From Longimicrobiales bacterium (GTDB lineage: Bacteria > Gemmatimonadota > Gemmatimonadetes > Longimicrobiales > Gaopeijiaceae): a stretch of DNA of 64,000 bases. The translations under genes were made by a program, and so were the position numbers. The DNA is taken from assembly GCA_963422615.1 (NCBI GenBank), contig OY730414.1, positions 1,720,302 to 1,784,301 of the forward strand, written 5' to 3'. Shown in pieces: positions 27,217-37,413 of the stretch (position 1 is its first letter; each line of letters begins with the position of its first letter). The notes under the pieces were generated by a model, which saw only the letters and a list, made by a program, of their open reading frames with translations, was not told the DNA's origin and ran no database searches.

Positions 27217-29619
27217 CTATTTCCGCTGACCGGACTGGCCAGGGGCATTTCCAGGTTTCAGCAGAATTCGGGCCTGTCGACTCGCCGTTTTGGGGTCGGC
27301 CTTCCCTTCGCTGCGCTTCATGACTTCTCCCACGAAGAAGTTCAAGAGCCCTCGCTTCCCGTTTCGGTAGGCCACCGCCTTGTCGGGGAAATCCTCGATG
27401 ATTTCCTCTAGAATGGCGTTCAGGGTATTCTCATCCCGGGTCTCGGTCAGGTCCAGCTTCCCGCGTACGTCCAGGAAAGCTCCGCCTTGGGCGAGAAGGA
27501 CCTCCAGAACGGCCCGGCCCTTGCGGCGCGACAGGCCGCCCTCGTCCACAGCCCGGGCCAAGTCGGCGAGCGCTTGGGGGTGCAAGCGCGCCAAGTCACC
27601 GCCGCCATCCGCGCCAACGACGCGCGCCACTTCGTTGACGAGCCACGAAGCCAGAGAACGAGCTCCCGCCGGATAGCTGTCGGCAGCGGCCCGGAACACG
27701 GCGGTCCGCTCCGGAGACCGAGCGAGGCTCGCCGCCGTGGTGTTCGGGACCCCTTGGGACACGAAACCCTGGAAGCGGGTCCGCTCTTCTTCCGATCGGA
27801 AGGCGTGACCGGAGGCCGTGCGGAACGCGCCTCCGGTCGATCCCCCGGACGTTGCCGTCGCTTGCGAATTCGCTTGTGACATTGCAGCGCTTCCGTACGA
27901 AATCGCCTTGGGGGGGGCGGCCGGGGTCGCAGTTCCCGTCTTGGCACCCGAGATCTGGCGGGACTTCCTCCTCCAGCCGTTCCGAAGCGTCACCGTTCGG
28001 TTGAAGACCGGCTTCTCGGCGCTGGAGTCCAGGGGATCGGAGAAGAAGTACCCGTGGCGCTCGAACTGGTAGTGGGTTCCGGGGGCCGATCCGGCGACGC
28101 CGGGCTCAACCAGGGCGTCGGTCACCACCCGTTCCGAGTTCGGGTTCAGGGTCTGCATGAAGTCGCTGGAAGCGAGGGGATCCGGTACGGCGAAGAGGCG
28201 GCCCAAGAGGCGAACTTCGGCGGAAACCGCTCCCGCTCCCGCCACCCAGTGAATGGTCCCCTGAATCTTTCGGCCGTCCGAAGTTTTTGCCCCCCGGGAA
28301 GCGGGGTCGAAGGTACAGCGAAGTTCGGTTACCCGGCCCGAGGTCGGGTCTTTCACCACCGACTCGCAACGGATCACGCATGCGTACTTGAGCCTGACCT
28401 CCCCGCCAGGGACCAATCGGCGAAAGCCCGGCGGGGGTACCTCTGCGAAGTCTTCTCGGTCGATGTAGACGACCCGCCCGAAGGGAAGTTCCCGGGTGCC
28501 GGGCTTCCCGACATCTCTTGGAAAGCTGGGCGCCGAGAAACTTTCCTCTTGCCCCTCTGGATAATTGGTGATGACAACCTTCAAGGGGTCGAGGACGCAG
28601 AAAGCCCGGGGAGCTTTGCGGTTCAGGTCGTTTCGGATGATGAAGTCGAACTTTCCCGCGTCCACCCGGGAGGCGGCTTTGGCAACCCCCACCATGCGAC
28701 ATAGATCCCGAATCGCTTCGGGCGTGACGCCCCGCCGTCGGAGTCCGGCCAGGGTGGGCATGCGGGGATCGTCCCACCCCCGCACCCGTCCCTCTTCCAC
28801 CAAGAGGCGCAACTTTCGCTTGCTCGTGATCACGTAGTCCAGAACGAGGCGCGCGAATTCGGTCTGCTCCGGCCGAGGCGAAGGTGCGTCCACGTGTTCC
28901 AGCAGCCAGTCGTAGATTTCCCGGTTGTTGTCGAATTCCAGCGTGCACAGGGAGTGGGTCACGCCCTCAATGGAGTCGGACAGGCAATGGGCGAAGTCGT
29001 AAAGGGGGTAAATCGCCCACGTATTGCCCCGGCGGTAGTGACGCACGGCCCGGCGAATGCGGTATAGGATGGGGTCGCGCATCACCATGTTGGGGTGGGC
29101 CATGTCGATTTTGGCTCGAAGGACATGGCTCCCGTCGGGGAATTCGCCCTTCTTCATACGCATGAAGAGGTCCCGGTTCTCCGGGAAGGACCGGTTCCGG
29201 TACGGGCTGTTCGTCCCCGGGCGAGTCACCGTGCCCCGCTGTTCCCGGATTTCCGCTTCGGAAGACGCGTCTACGTACGCAAGGCCCTTTCTCACCAACA
29301 CCAGGGCGAAGGAGAACAGCTTCTCGAAGTAATCCGAAGCGTGGTAGAGGTGCTCCCCCCAATCGAAGCCCAGCCATCGAATGTCCCGCTTCATCGCTTC
29401 GGCGTATTCGACCTTTTCGGTGCCGGGGTTGGTGTCGTCGAAGCGGAGGTGGCAGCGCCCGCCCGGATACTCGGAAGCGATGCCGAAATTGAGGCAGATG
29501 GCCTTGGCGTGGCCGATGTGTAGAAACCCGTTGGGCTCAGGGGGAAAGCGAGTGACGATTTTCCCGCCGTACTTTCCTTTTTCCCAGTCCCGGGAGATCA
29601 TGCTTCGGATGAAGTCCAT
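27217..29619 (-). CDS. glnS: glutamine--tRNA ligase with C-terminal GatB/Yqey domain
   Basis: TRFPPEPNGFLHIGH, RFDDTNP, HSLCTLEF, TSKRKL, GWDDPRMPT, QFERHGYF, then YRNGKRGLLNFFVGEVMKRSEGKADP (Yqey). Confidence 0.95.
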   Translation of the reverse strand: MDFIRSMISRDWEKGKYGGKIVTRFPPEPNGFLHIGHAKAICLNFGIASEYPGGRCHLRFDDTNPGTEKVEYAEAMKRDIRWLGFDWGEHLYHASDYFEKLFSFALVLVRKGLAYVDASSEAEIREQRGTVTRPGTNSPYRNRSFPENRDLFMRMKKGEFPDGSHVLRAKIDMAHPNMVMRDPILYRIRRAVRHYRRGNTWAIYPLYDFAHCLSDSIEGVTHSLCTLEFDNNREIYDWLLEHVDAPSPRPEQTEFARLVLDYVITSKRKLRLLVEEGRVRGWDDPRMPTLAGLRRRGVTPEAIRDLCRMVGVAKAASRVDAGKFDFIIRNDLNRKAPRAFCVLDPLKVVITNYPEGQEESFSAPSFPRDVGKPGTRELPFGRVVYIDREDFAEVPPPGFRRLVPGGEVRLKYACVIRCESVVKDPTSGRVTELRCTFDPASRGAKTSDGRKIQGTIHWVAGAGAVSAEVRLLGRLFAVPDPLASSDFMQTLNPNSERVVTDALVEPGVAGSAPGTHYQFERHGYFFSDPLDSSAEKPVFNRTVTLRNGWRRKSRQISGAKTGTATPAAPPKAISYGSAAMSQANSQATATSGGSTGGAFRTASGHAFRSEEERTRFQGFVSQGVPNTTAASLARSPERTAVFRAAADSYPAGARSLASWLVNEVARVVGADGGGDLARLHPQALADLARAVDEGGLSRRKGRAVLEVLLAQGGAFLDVRGKLDLTETRDENTLNAILEEIIEDFPDKAVAYRNGKRGLLNFFVGEVMKRSEGKADPKTASRQARILLKPGNAPGQSGQRK

Positions 29620-29729
29620 GCCGGAAAGCTAACGAGTCGTTCCTGAAGGGGTACCGCCTGCCCGGGACGGTTCGTATTCTTGACCCCTACACCCGAGATT
29701 CAACAGGGAAATCTCCAGGAGGAAGCTTC

Positions 29730-31577
29730 ATGTCTCATCGATCGGCCGTTTTCGCCGGGGTGTTCTGTGGTGCCATGGCGCTCATTGCGGACGGAACGGA
29801 AGCCCAGACCCAAAAACCCGTTCTCCACGGAAAGGACTGGATCGCCATTACCGGGAAGCCCTTGGGGGCGACCGCTGGAGCCATGACGTTCCTCAAGGGC
29901 GGCAACGCCGTAGACGCCGCGGCCGCCATGCTGGGCGCGACCGCCACCATGTGGGACGTCCTGGGTTGGGGCGGCGAAACCCAGGCCCTCATCTACAACC
30001 CGGAAACCGGCGAAGTGATCGGCGTCAACGCTCTGGGAACGGCGCCCACCGGCGCTACGCCCGCGTTCTTTGCGGAGCAAGGCATGGAGGTTCCGCCGGC
30101 CCACGGGCCCCTCGCTGCGGTCACGCCGGGCACGCCGGGGGGCCTCATGGTCATGCTGGCCGAGTTCGGCAGACTCGGCCTGGCCGATGTCCTGGCACCG
30201 GCGATCGACATGGCGCGGGGGTACCCGATCGAGGCCCAGGCTGCCAATGCCATGGAAAGAGAAAAGGACCGTTTGGCGGAGTGGCCCTATTCCAAGGCTG
30301 TTTTTCTGCCGAATTTCGGGGGTGACCGGGCCGCCCCGGCCGCAGGCGAGCTCTTTGTCCAAACGGATCTGGCCCGAACCCTGGAGAAGCTGGTCGAGGC
30401 GGAAGCCCAGGCACTTGCCGCAGGAGCCTCTCGCAAGGAAGCCATCCTCGCCGCATACGACCGCTTCTACAGAGGCGACATTGCCCGTGAGTTCGTTCGA
30501 GGATCTCAGGAGCAAGGAGGCCTGCATACCCTCCAGGATCTGTCCGAATGGGAGGTCTATCTGGAGCAGCCCGTCACGACTTCCTACAAGGGGGTTGACG
30601 TCTACAAGCTCACCACCTGGGTGCAAGGTCCCGTTCTTCTCCAGGCCTTGAACATCGTGGAAAGTTTGGATGTCGCCTCTATGGGATATAACTCAACCCA
30701 ATACATCCACACCCTGTACCAAACCATGAATTTGGCTTTTGCCGACCGGGATTTCTACTACGGGGACCCCTATTTCCCGCCGGAGGAGCCCGTGGAGGGC
30801 CTCCTGTCCAAGGAATACGCACGGTCCAGGGCAGGGGAAATCAATTGGAAGGAAAACGATCCCCATGTTCGTCCGGGGGATCCCTACCCATTCCAGGACG
30901 AGACCAACCCCTTCCTGCACTTCATAGAGGACTGGCACGCAAGCCCCGTCGCCGCGCCCCAGGCGACGGAACCCGGCTTCAATGAGGCGTTCTATGCCGG
31001 GACCACTACGATTCAGGCCGCCGACGCAGACGGCTGGGTGGTTTCCGTCACGCCCTCCGGCGGCTGGATCCCGGCGGTCATTGCCGGCCGAACCGGAATC
31101 GGGATGAGCCAACGAATGCAGAGCTTCGTCCTGGAAGAGCGGTCGGGGCCGTATAACGTCCTGGAACCGGGGAAGCGGCCCCGCGCGACGTTGACGCCGT
31201 CCCTCGCCCTCAAGGACGGCCGGCCCTTCCTATCCTTTGCGGTTCAAGGAGGGGACGGGCAGGATCAGAACCTGCTCCAGTTTTTCCTGAATGTGGTTGA
31301 ATTCGGAATGAACGTTCAGGAAGCGGCCGAAGCTCCCAACTTCAACAGCTATCAGATGCGAAGCTCCTTCGGTGCCCACGAATCTAGGCCCGGCCGTGTT
31401 CTCCTGAACGACGAAATCCCGCCTTGGGTTCGAACCGAACTGCGGAAAATGGGGTACGATCTGACCTTCGCTTCCCGTACTTCAGGACCCATCAACGCAA
31501 TCTTTTTCGACGCGGAGACGGGCACCATGTGGGGCGGTTCCAGCAATCACGGAGAAGACTACGGAATCGCTTGGTAG
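29730..31577 (+). CDS. gamma-glutamyltransferase family protein (divergent subgroup)
   Basis: GGNAVDAAAA, AFADRDFYYGDP, GTTTIQAAD (nucleophile Thr), PGKRPRATLTP; signal peptide. Confidence 0.88.
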   Translation: MSHRSAVFAGVFCGAMALIADGTEAQTQKPVLHGKDWIAITGKPLGATAGAMTFLKGGNAVDAAAAMLGATATMWDVLGWGGETQALIYNPETGEVIGVNALGTAPTGATPAFFAEQGMEVPPAHGPLAAVTPGTPGGLMVMLAEFGRLGLADVLAPAIDMARGYPIEAQAANAMEREKDRLAEWPYSKAVFLPNFGGDRAAPAAGELFVQTDLARTLEKLVEAEAQALAAGASRKEAILAAYDRFYRGDIAREFVRGSQEQGGLHTLQDLSEWEVYLEQPVTTSYKGVDVYKLTTWVQGPVLLQALNIVESLDVASMGYNSTQYIHTLYQTMNLAFADRDFYYGDPYFPPEEPVEGLLSKEYARSRAGEINWKENDPHVRPGDPYPFQDETNPFLHFIEDWHASPVAAPQATEPGFNEAFYAGTTTIQAADADGWVVSVTPSGGWIPAVIAGRTGIGMSQRMQSFVLEERSGPYNVLEPGKRPRATLTPSLALKDGRPFLSFAVQGGDGQDQNLLQFFLNVVEFGMNVQEAAEAPNFNSYQMRSSFGAHESRPGRVLLNDEIPPWVRTELRKMGYDLTFASRTSGPINAIFFDAETGTMWGGSSNHGEDYGIAW

Positions 31578-31815
31578 GGTCTGGCAATCTCCGTCTTTGA
31601 CCGCGCTCAAGCCATCGGCTCACAATAGAGGGGCAAGTAAACTCACAGTACGCTACGAATAAGGCTGCGGCCACGATCACACGGGATCGTCGGTCGGGGA
31701 CCGTCAACGCAAAGTTTCGGCGGGCCAGCTGGAAACTCCGTAAAGTATATCCTGTTCTACCGGTGGCCAGGGCACGAGAGATCGGCTGCCAACCTGGATC
31801 TCACTGGAACCTCTT

Positions 31816-33897
31816 GTGGACGACCTGGAAATGGGGGCCGCGTTGCACGTCATTAACGACGGGGTGAACCCGCTCCTGGACCGGCGCTTCCCGGTTCCGT
31901 TCGACCGGATCAAGCCTGCCCACGTGGAGCCAGCGGTTTCGGAGGCCCTGAAGCGAGCTTGGGACAGGATCGACGATCTGGGGGCGGGTACCGAAGCGCC
32001 CAGCGCCCGAATCCTAAAGGATCTGGACGCGGTCACCGAGGACGTCGCCCGGACTTGGGCACCCATCTCCCACCTCAACAACGTGAACGCCCCACCGGCG
32101 TATCGGGAGGCGTACGCTTCCCAGCTTGCGGAAATCACGCGGTTCTGGAGTCGTCTGTTACACCACGAGGGGCTCTTCAAGCGGCTCCGGGACTTCAGGA
32201 CCTCGCCTGCGGGAAACGCGCTCACGGGACTTGAAGCCCGCCACATGGAAAAGACGCTGGAGGAGTTCTGCCGTGCGGGGGCGGAGTTGCTGCCGCCGGA
32301 GAGAAAGTTACTGGAGGAGATGCAGGTCGAACTGTCCGAGCTCGGCCGAAAATTCGAAGAGAACCTAATGGATGAAACGGCCGCCTTCGAGAAGTTGGTT
32401 CTGCATCGGGAATCCCTGGCCGGGTTGCCGGACACTGCCCTGGAGCGGGCCGCCCAGCTCGCGGAAGCGCGGGGAAAAGAAGGCTGGCTCCTGACGCTGG
32501 ACATGCCCAGCGTCGAAGCGGTACTCAAACACGCCGAAGACCGATCCCTCCGGAAAGAGATCCACAAGGCCTACCTTGACCGGTGTACCTCCGGCGGGCG
32601 GGACAACCGGCGGCTGATCCCCAGAATCCTTGAACTGAGGCGGCGGCTCGCGTCCTGCCTGGGTTACGACGACTTCCCGGACTATCGTCTGAAGACGGCC
32701 ATGGCCCGTTCCGGCCGAAGGGTGAAAGGGTTCCTGGACGAGCTCACCCACGCGACTCGTCCCTTCTACCAGCGGGACGCCGGAGAGCTGGAAGCCCAGG
32801 CGCGGCGTTTCGGGCTCGGTGCGCTCGAACCCTGGGACGTGTCCTACCTGATGGAGAAGACCCGGAAGGAACGGTTCGATCTGGACGACGAGATGCTCCG
32901 GCCTTGGTTCCCCCTGACCGAGGTCCAGTCCGGCCTCTTCGAGATTGCGAAGCGCCTCTTCGGACTCTCGGTGGAAGAAGTGGAGAACCCTGGGGTGTGG
33001 CACCCCGATGTGACCTACTTCGAAGTCCGCGACCCGACGGGGCGCCACCTGGGGTCGTTCTACGCCGACTGGTTCCCCAGGGAAACCAAGCGGCAGGGGG
33101 CCTGGATGGACAGCCTGGTATCGGGAGGTCCTCGTCCCGGGGGATGGGAGCCCCATCTCGCCTTTATCGGAGGGAACTTCAGTCCGCCCGCGGGGAAGCG
33201 GCCGGCCCTCCTCACCCACCAGGAGGTGCGGACGCTGTTCCACGAATTCGGCCATCTCCTGCATCACGTCACGTCCGAAGTGGAAATCCCCGCTCGTGGC
33301 GGGGTCAACGTAGCCCGGGACTGGGTAGAAGTGCCTTCCCAGATCATGGAGAACTGGACCTGGAAGCGGGAAGCCCTGGACATCTTTGCCCGTCACTATG
33401 AAACCGGAGTCCCGTTGCCTGCCGAAATTCTGAACCGGCTCGTTTCGGCAAGGCGGTTCATGGGCGGGTGGCTCCAAATGAGACAGCTCTCCTTTGCGAC
33501 ACTGGACCTTGAACTCCATCGCCGCTACGACGAGGGGGTACCGGTGATGGCGTTTGGTGCGGAAGTCTTCCGGCGATTCGTGCCGTCGGATCGATTCGTC
33601 AAGCGTCACATCCTTCCGTCGTTTTCCCACCTTTTCGCCGGCGGGTACGCGTCGGCGTACTACGCCTACCTCTGGTCGGAGACCCTGGAAGCGGACGCCT
33701 TCTCACGCTTCGAAGGGGAGGGCGTCTTGAACCCGGCGACGGGGAAGGATTTTCTGGACAGCGTTCTCTCCCAGGGGGATCGCCGGGATCCGGAGGTGTT
33801 GTTCAGGGACTTCATGGGACGGGATCCGGATACGGGGGCCCTGATCCGAAGGAACCTGGGGGAGGGTCCGTCTACCTCCCCGGACGAATCTCCTTAA
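31816..33897 (+). CDS. M3 family oligopeptidase A / dipeptidyl carboxypeptidase
   Basis: TLFHEFGHLLH (HEXXH), DWVEVPSQIMENW, FSHLFAGGYASAYYAYLWSE. Confidence 0.93.
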   Translation: MDDLEMGAALHVINDGVNPLLDRRFPVPFDRIKPAHVEPAVSEALKRAWDRIDDLGAGTEAPSARILKDLDAVTEDVARTWAPISHLNNVNAPPAYREAYASQLAEITRFWSRLLHHEGLFKRLRDFRTSPAGNALTGLEARHMEKTLEEFCRAGAELLPPERKLLEEMQVELSELGRKFEENLMDETAAFEKLVLHRESLAGLPDTALERAAQLAEARGKEGWLLTLDMPSVEAVLKHAEDRSLRKEIHKAYLDRCTSGGRDNRRLIPRILELRRRLASCLGYDDFPDYRLKTAMARSGRRVKGFLDELTHATRPFYQRDAGELEAQARRFGLGALEPWDVSYLMEKTRKERFDLDDEMLRPWFPLTEVQSGLFEIAKRLFGLSVEEVENPGVWHPDVTYFEVRDPTGRHLGSFYADWFPRETKRQGAWMDSLVSGGPRPGGWEPHLAFIGGNFSPPAGKRPALLTHQEVRTLFHEFGHLLHHVTSEVEIPARGGVNVARDWVEVPSQIMENWTWKREALDIFARHYETGVPLPAEILNRLVSARRFMGGWLQMRQLSFATLDLELHRRYDEGVPVMAFGAEVFRRFVPSDRFVKRHILPSFSHLFAGGYASAYYAYLWSETLEADAFSRFEGEGVLNPATGKDFLDSVLSQGDRRDPEVLFRDFMGRDPDTGALIRRNLGEGPSTSPDESP

Positions 33898-36434
33898 GAC
33901 CGAATCAGGTTCCTGAGGCGGTCGAGACTGTATCCGAAGTCCGGTGTTACGGTCAGCAGATCTCCAATCGGATCTTGCTTTCGGTGGGCCATCCGCTGGG
34001 GCATCGACTTGATCGTGTGATCGGAGATGGCCAGCGCTTCGTGCACTTCCCGCCATTCCAGCGGCGCGGACACCGGGGCTCCCGGCCTCGGCCGAACGCA
34101 GTAGGGAGCCACGATCAGGCGTCCGTATCCGTTTTGGAGGAAGTCGATGTAGACCTTGCCGTCTCGTTGAGAAGGCCGCCGGGCGACCGTCGCTAGGTCG
34201 GGAAGCTCCCGCACGGCCGCCAGCGCCAGGATCTGGGCCATGTTTCGCGAATGTTCGTAGGTGACCTGCCGGCCCAGCGGGATCATGATGTGGAGCCCGG
34301 TTGACCCGCTGGTCTTTACGAAGGCGGGCAGCGTGATGGCGTCGCAGAGCTCCTTGAGGAACAACGCGATCTTCACCACGTCCCCGAACGGGGCGTCTTT
34401 CGGGTCCAGATCAAGGACACAGAAGTCCGGACGGGCGATGTCCGAGACCCGGCTCATCCAGATGTGAAGGGGGATGCTCCCGCTATTGGCCAGATAGAGG
34501 AGGGAATCTTCGTCTTCTGCCACGAAGTAATCCAGCTCCCGCTCGGATCCCTCCCTGTACAGTCGAACCCGCCGGATCCAGTCGGGGGCGAAGCCGGGCG
34601 CGTTCTTCTGGAAGAAGGACTTGCCGTGAATCCCGTCGGGAAACCGGGTCAACACGACCGCCCGGTCCGCAAGGTGGGGGAGAATCCAGGGTGCGATCGC
34701 CCGGTAGTAGTCGATCAGGTTCCCCTTCGTGTAGCCGTCTTCGGGCCAGAAGGGCTTGTCCAGGTTGGAAAAGTGAATGGGGCGCGCCCGGACCGGTTCT
34801 TCCGGTTCTTCCGGTTCGGGAAGGGATCGCCCAGCGGGCGTCAGGAGGCACTCCGCCGGGGCCTTGTCGGGGCGCAGGCGCACAAAAGAGGCGTGCCGTA
34901 GGAGGCCGGCTTCCGTCATTTCCTTGTATCGCACTTCGGCGACCCGCACGGGGGCGACCCAATGGTGATCGCCGCTTCCGGCCGCGCTGCTTCCCTCGGG
35001 CGGCGGGGATTCGGGAAGACTCCGCAGATCCCCTCCCAGATCCTTCAAGAGGCGATTCGAAAAGCCCGTTCCCACTCGCCCCACGTACACAAGGGTGCCG
35101 CTGTCGTACTGAGCGAGATGAATGGCGCCGAAGCCGGTTCCTCCTAGAGCGGCCTCCGTGAACCCGTGGATGACGAAGTCCCCGGAGCGAACGTCTCGCA
35201 CCTTGAGCCAGGCGCGACTGCGCCGGCCTACGTAGACCGAATCGGCCCGTTTTCCGACGATTCCCTCGAGCCCCAGGCCGGACACATGTCCGAACATGGC
35301 CTCGCCCTCTTCGTGAATGTGGTCGGAGTAACGAATGGGCCCGACGGTGGGGAGGAGGTCCCGCAGGAGTGCCTTTCGCTTCGCAAGCGGCAGGCCTCGT
35401 AGGTCGAATCCCTCGAACGCCAGCAGGTCGAAGGCATAGTACGTTGCAGGCAGCTCGGCAGCCGCCCGATCGATGTCGGTTCTACGCCGAAGGCGGCCCC
35501 GCTTCTGGATCAGGTGGAATCTGGGAATCCCCCCTCCGTCGCTGACGACGACTTCCCCGTCCATGACAACCGCCCGGTAGGGAAGGCCGCGCACCGCCCG
35601 AGCCACATCGGGAAAAACCGGGGTGAGGCGCTTGCGATTTCTGGAAATCAGGCGCGCTCTTCCGCCTTCTCCTTCGGCGAGCATCCTGTACCCGTCGTAC
35701 TTGATCTCGAAGAGCCACCCCTTCCGGGAAAACGGCTCCTCCAGGGACCCGGCCTTCATGACTTCGATTTCTTCGGCGCGTACGCTGGTTCGTGGGGCGC
35801 CGAGTTCAGCGCACCGCCTCCGGATCGCGGCACCGAAGTCTCCTCCCGTGCCCAGCTTCTCGACCGTCAGTCCGGAGAAAACCGAATCGTCAGGGTACGC
35901 GGCGGTGCTCCCCCGGGCGTCCTCGTATGCGTCCCGTTCCTTGATGAGAAGCCAGTGCCTGCCCTCTCCTGCCTTCGTTCTTACCAGAGTCCAGCGGCCT
36001 CGCAGCTTGTAGCCGTGAAGGTCAAAAAGAAGCTTTCCCTTGCGCATCCCTTCGTCAGCGTCTTCAACGGGCGTCCACACTCCCCGGTCCCAGATGATGG
36101 TGGGCCCGGCCCCGTAGTTGCCTGGAGGAATCACGCCTTCGAAATCCGCGTACTCCAAGGGGTGATCTTCTACGTGCACCGCCAAACGTTTGTCGGCTTG
36201 ATTGGGGGACGGCCCCCTGGGCACGGCCCACGATACCAGGGCCCCGTTCATCTCCAGCCGGAGATCCCAGTGGAGGGAGGAGGCGCGGTGCTTATGGACC
36301 ACAAAGAGCCCGTTCCCGACCGCCGTTGCACCGCCGAACGGCTCGCTCGTCCCGGAGGCCGATCGCTTGGCTCGGTACTCGTCCAGCCGTCCTTCAGGTC
36401 CCACTCGGCCTCCGGCCGGTTTCCTTGCATCCAT
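33894..36434 (-). CDS. ligD: NHEJ DNA ligase D (phosphoesterase-ligase-polymerase)
   Basis: PE domain HWDLRLE...WAVPRGPS...HVEDHPLEY; ligase EIKYDGYR, EGIVGKR; polymerase LTRFPDG, VLDLDP, KTSGSTGLH, YIDFLQN. Confidence 0.95.
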   Translation of the reverse strand: MDARKPAGGRVGPEGRLDEYRAKRSASGTSEPFGGATAVGNGLFVVHKHRASSLHWDLRLEMNGALVSWAVPRGPSPNQADKRLAVHVEDHPLEYADFEGVIPPGNYGAGPTIIWDRGVWTPVEDADEGMRKGKLLFDLHGYKLRGRWTLVRTKAGEGRHWLLIKERDAYEDARGSTAAYPDDSVFSGLTVEKLGTGGDFGAAIRRRCAELGAPRTSVRAEEIEVMKAGSLEEPFSRKGWLFEIKYDGYRMLAEGEGGRARLISRNRKRLTPVFPDVARAVRGLPYRAVVMDGEVVVSDGGGIPRFHLIQKRGRLRRRTDIDRAAAELPATYYAFDLLAFEGFDLRGLPLAKRKALLRDLLPTVGPIRYSDHIHEEGEAMFGHVSGLGLEGIVGKRADSVYVGRRSRAWLKVRDVRSGDFVIHGFTEAALGGTGFGAIHLAQYDSGTLVYVGRVGTGFSNRLLKDLGGDLRSLPESPPPEGSSAAGSGDHHWVAPVRVAEVRYKEMTEAGLLRHASFVRLRPDKAPAECLLTPAGRSLPEPEEPEEPVRARPIHFSNLDKPFWPEDGYTKGNLIDYYRAIAPWILPHLADRAVVLTRFPDGIHGKSFFQKNAPGFAPDWIRRVRLYREGSERELDYFVAEDEDSLLYLANSGSIPLHIWMSRVSDIARPDFCVLDLDPKDAPFGDVVKIALFLKELCDAITLPAFVKTSGSTGLHIMIPLGRQVTYEHSRNMAQILALAAVRELPDLATVARRPSQRDGKVYIDFLQNGYGRLIVAPYCVRPRPGAPVSAPLEWREVHEALAISDHTIKSMPQRMAHRKQDPIGDLLTVTPDFGYSLDRLRNLIRS

Positions 36435-36459
36435 GACCAGGAAAACGATAGTTTTGGGT
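36435..36459. promoter_or_regulatory. 25-bp divergent ligD/ku promoter region with AAAAC-N4-GTTTT palindrome
   Basis: Overlapping TANNNT hexamers on both strands: TAGTTT at 36449-54 (+) and TATCGT at 36450-45 (-). Confidence 0.45.
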
Positions 36460-37290
36460 ATGACTGTCCGCCCGATTGCCACATCGACGATTTCGTTCGG
36501 CTTGGTCTCCTTGCCCGTCAAACTTTACGCGACCGGCCAGTCGTCCTCAAAGGTCCGCTTCAACTGGATCAACCGTGAAACGGGGTCGCGGGTCAAGCAG
36601 CAGTACGTGGACAGCCACAGCGGTGAGGTCGTCCCCAGGGAGAACATGATCAAGGGATACGAGTTCGCCAAGAACCGATACGTGACCTTCGAGGCCGACG
36701 AACTCAAGGCGATGGAAGCCGAGTCGACGCAGTCCATTGAGATCACCGAGTTCGTGCCGTCGCAGCAAGTCACCCGGCTCTACCTGGACCGGGCGTACTA
36801 CCTGGGTCCGGAAAAGGGGGGTGCCCGGGCGTACCGGCTTCTGTCCGCCGCGCTGCGCGACTCGGGCAAGGTGGCCCTCGCCAAGTACTCGGCCCGCGGA
36901 AAGCAGTACTTGGTGACCATCCGCCCCATCGCAGATGGATTGCTCCTGGAGCAGCTTCGCTACTCCCACGAGCTCCGTTCATTCGACGACGTGCCCCGCC
37001 AGAAGGGGGAGGTGAGCGATACCGAACTCGCCCTGGCGAAGCAGCTCATTGAACAGGGATCCGCCGAAACCTTCGATCCCGCGCAGTATCGAGACGAAGT
37101 CAATGAACGGGTACAGGCCCTCATTGACCGGAAGATCCAGGGCGAACAAATCACGTTGGCGGCGCGGGAAGAGCCGGAAGCCAAGATCATCGACCTGATG
37201 GAGGCCCTGAAGTCCAGCCTTGCCGCCGACAGAGACCGGAGGAAGGAGCGGGAGGGCGCCCAAGGAGTCAAGAAAGCCGCGACCGGCTGA
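36460..37290 (+). CDS. ku: NHEJ Ku protein
   Basis: TISFGLVSLPVKLY, IKGYEF, YLDRAYYLGP, YRDE, IIDLMEALKSSL. Confidence 0.95.
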   Translation: MTVRPIATSTISFGLVSLPVKLYATGQSSSKVRFNWINRETGSRVKQQYVDSHSGEVVPRENMIKGYEFAKNRYVTFEADELKAMEAESTQSIEITEFVPSQQVTRLYLDRAYYLGPEKGGARAYRLLSAALRDSGKVALAKYSARGKQYLVTIRPIADGLLLEQLRYSHELRSFDDVPRQKGEVSDTELALAKQLIEQGSAETFDPAQYRDEVNERVQALIDRKIQGEQITLAAREEPEAKIIDLMEALKSSLAADRDRRKEREGAQGVKKAATG

Positions 37291-37413
37291 ATTGGAACCC
37301 GCTCCCGCCATACCCGCTCCCGGCCAAGGCGGCGGGCGGATCCCCAACGTCCGATTCCCACGGGACCTGGGCCCCTTCCTGGCCGGCGCCGACCCGCGGG
37401 AGGTCGTTTCCCC

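Noticed and set aside
31578..31815. Lower-GC intergenic stretch as a possible ncRNA
   Set aside because: No convincing nested structure or known motif; consistent with a promoter region.
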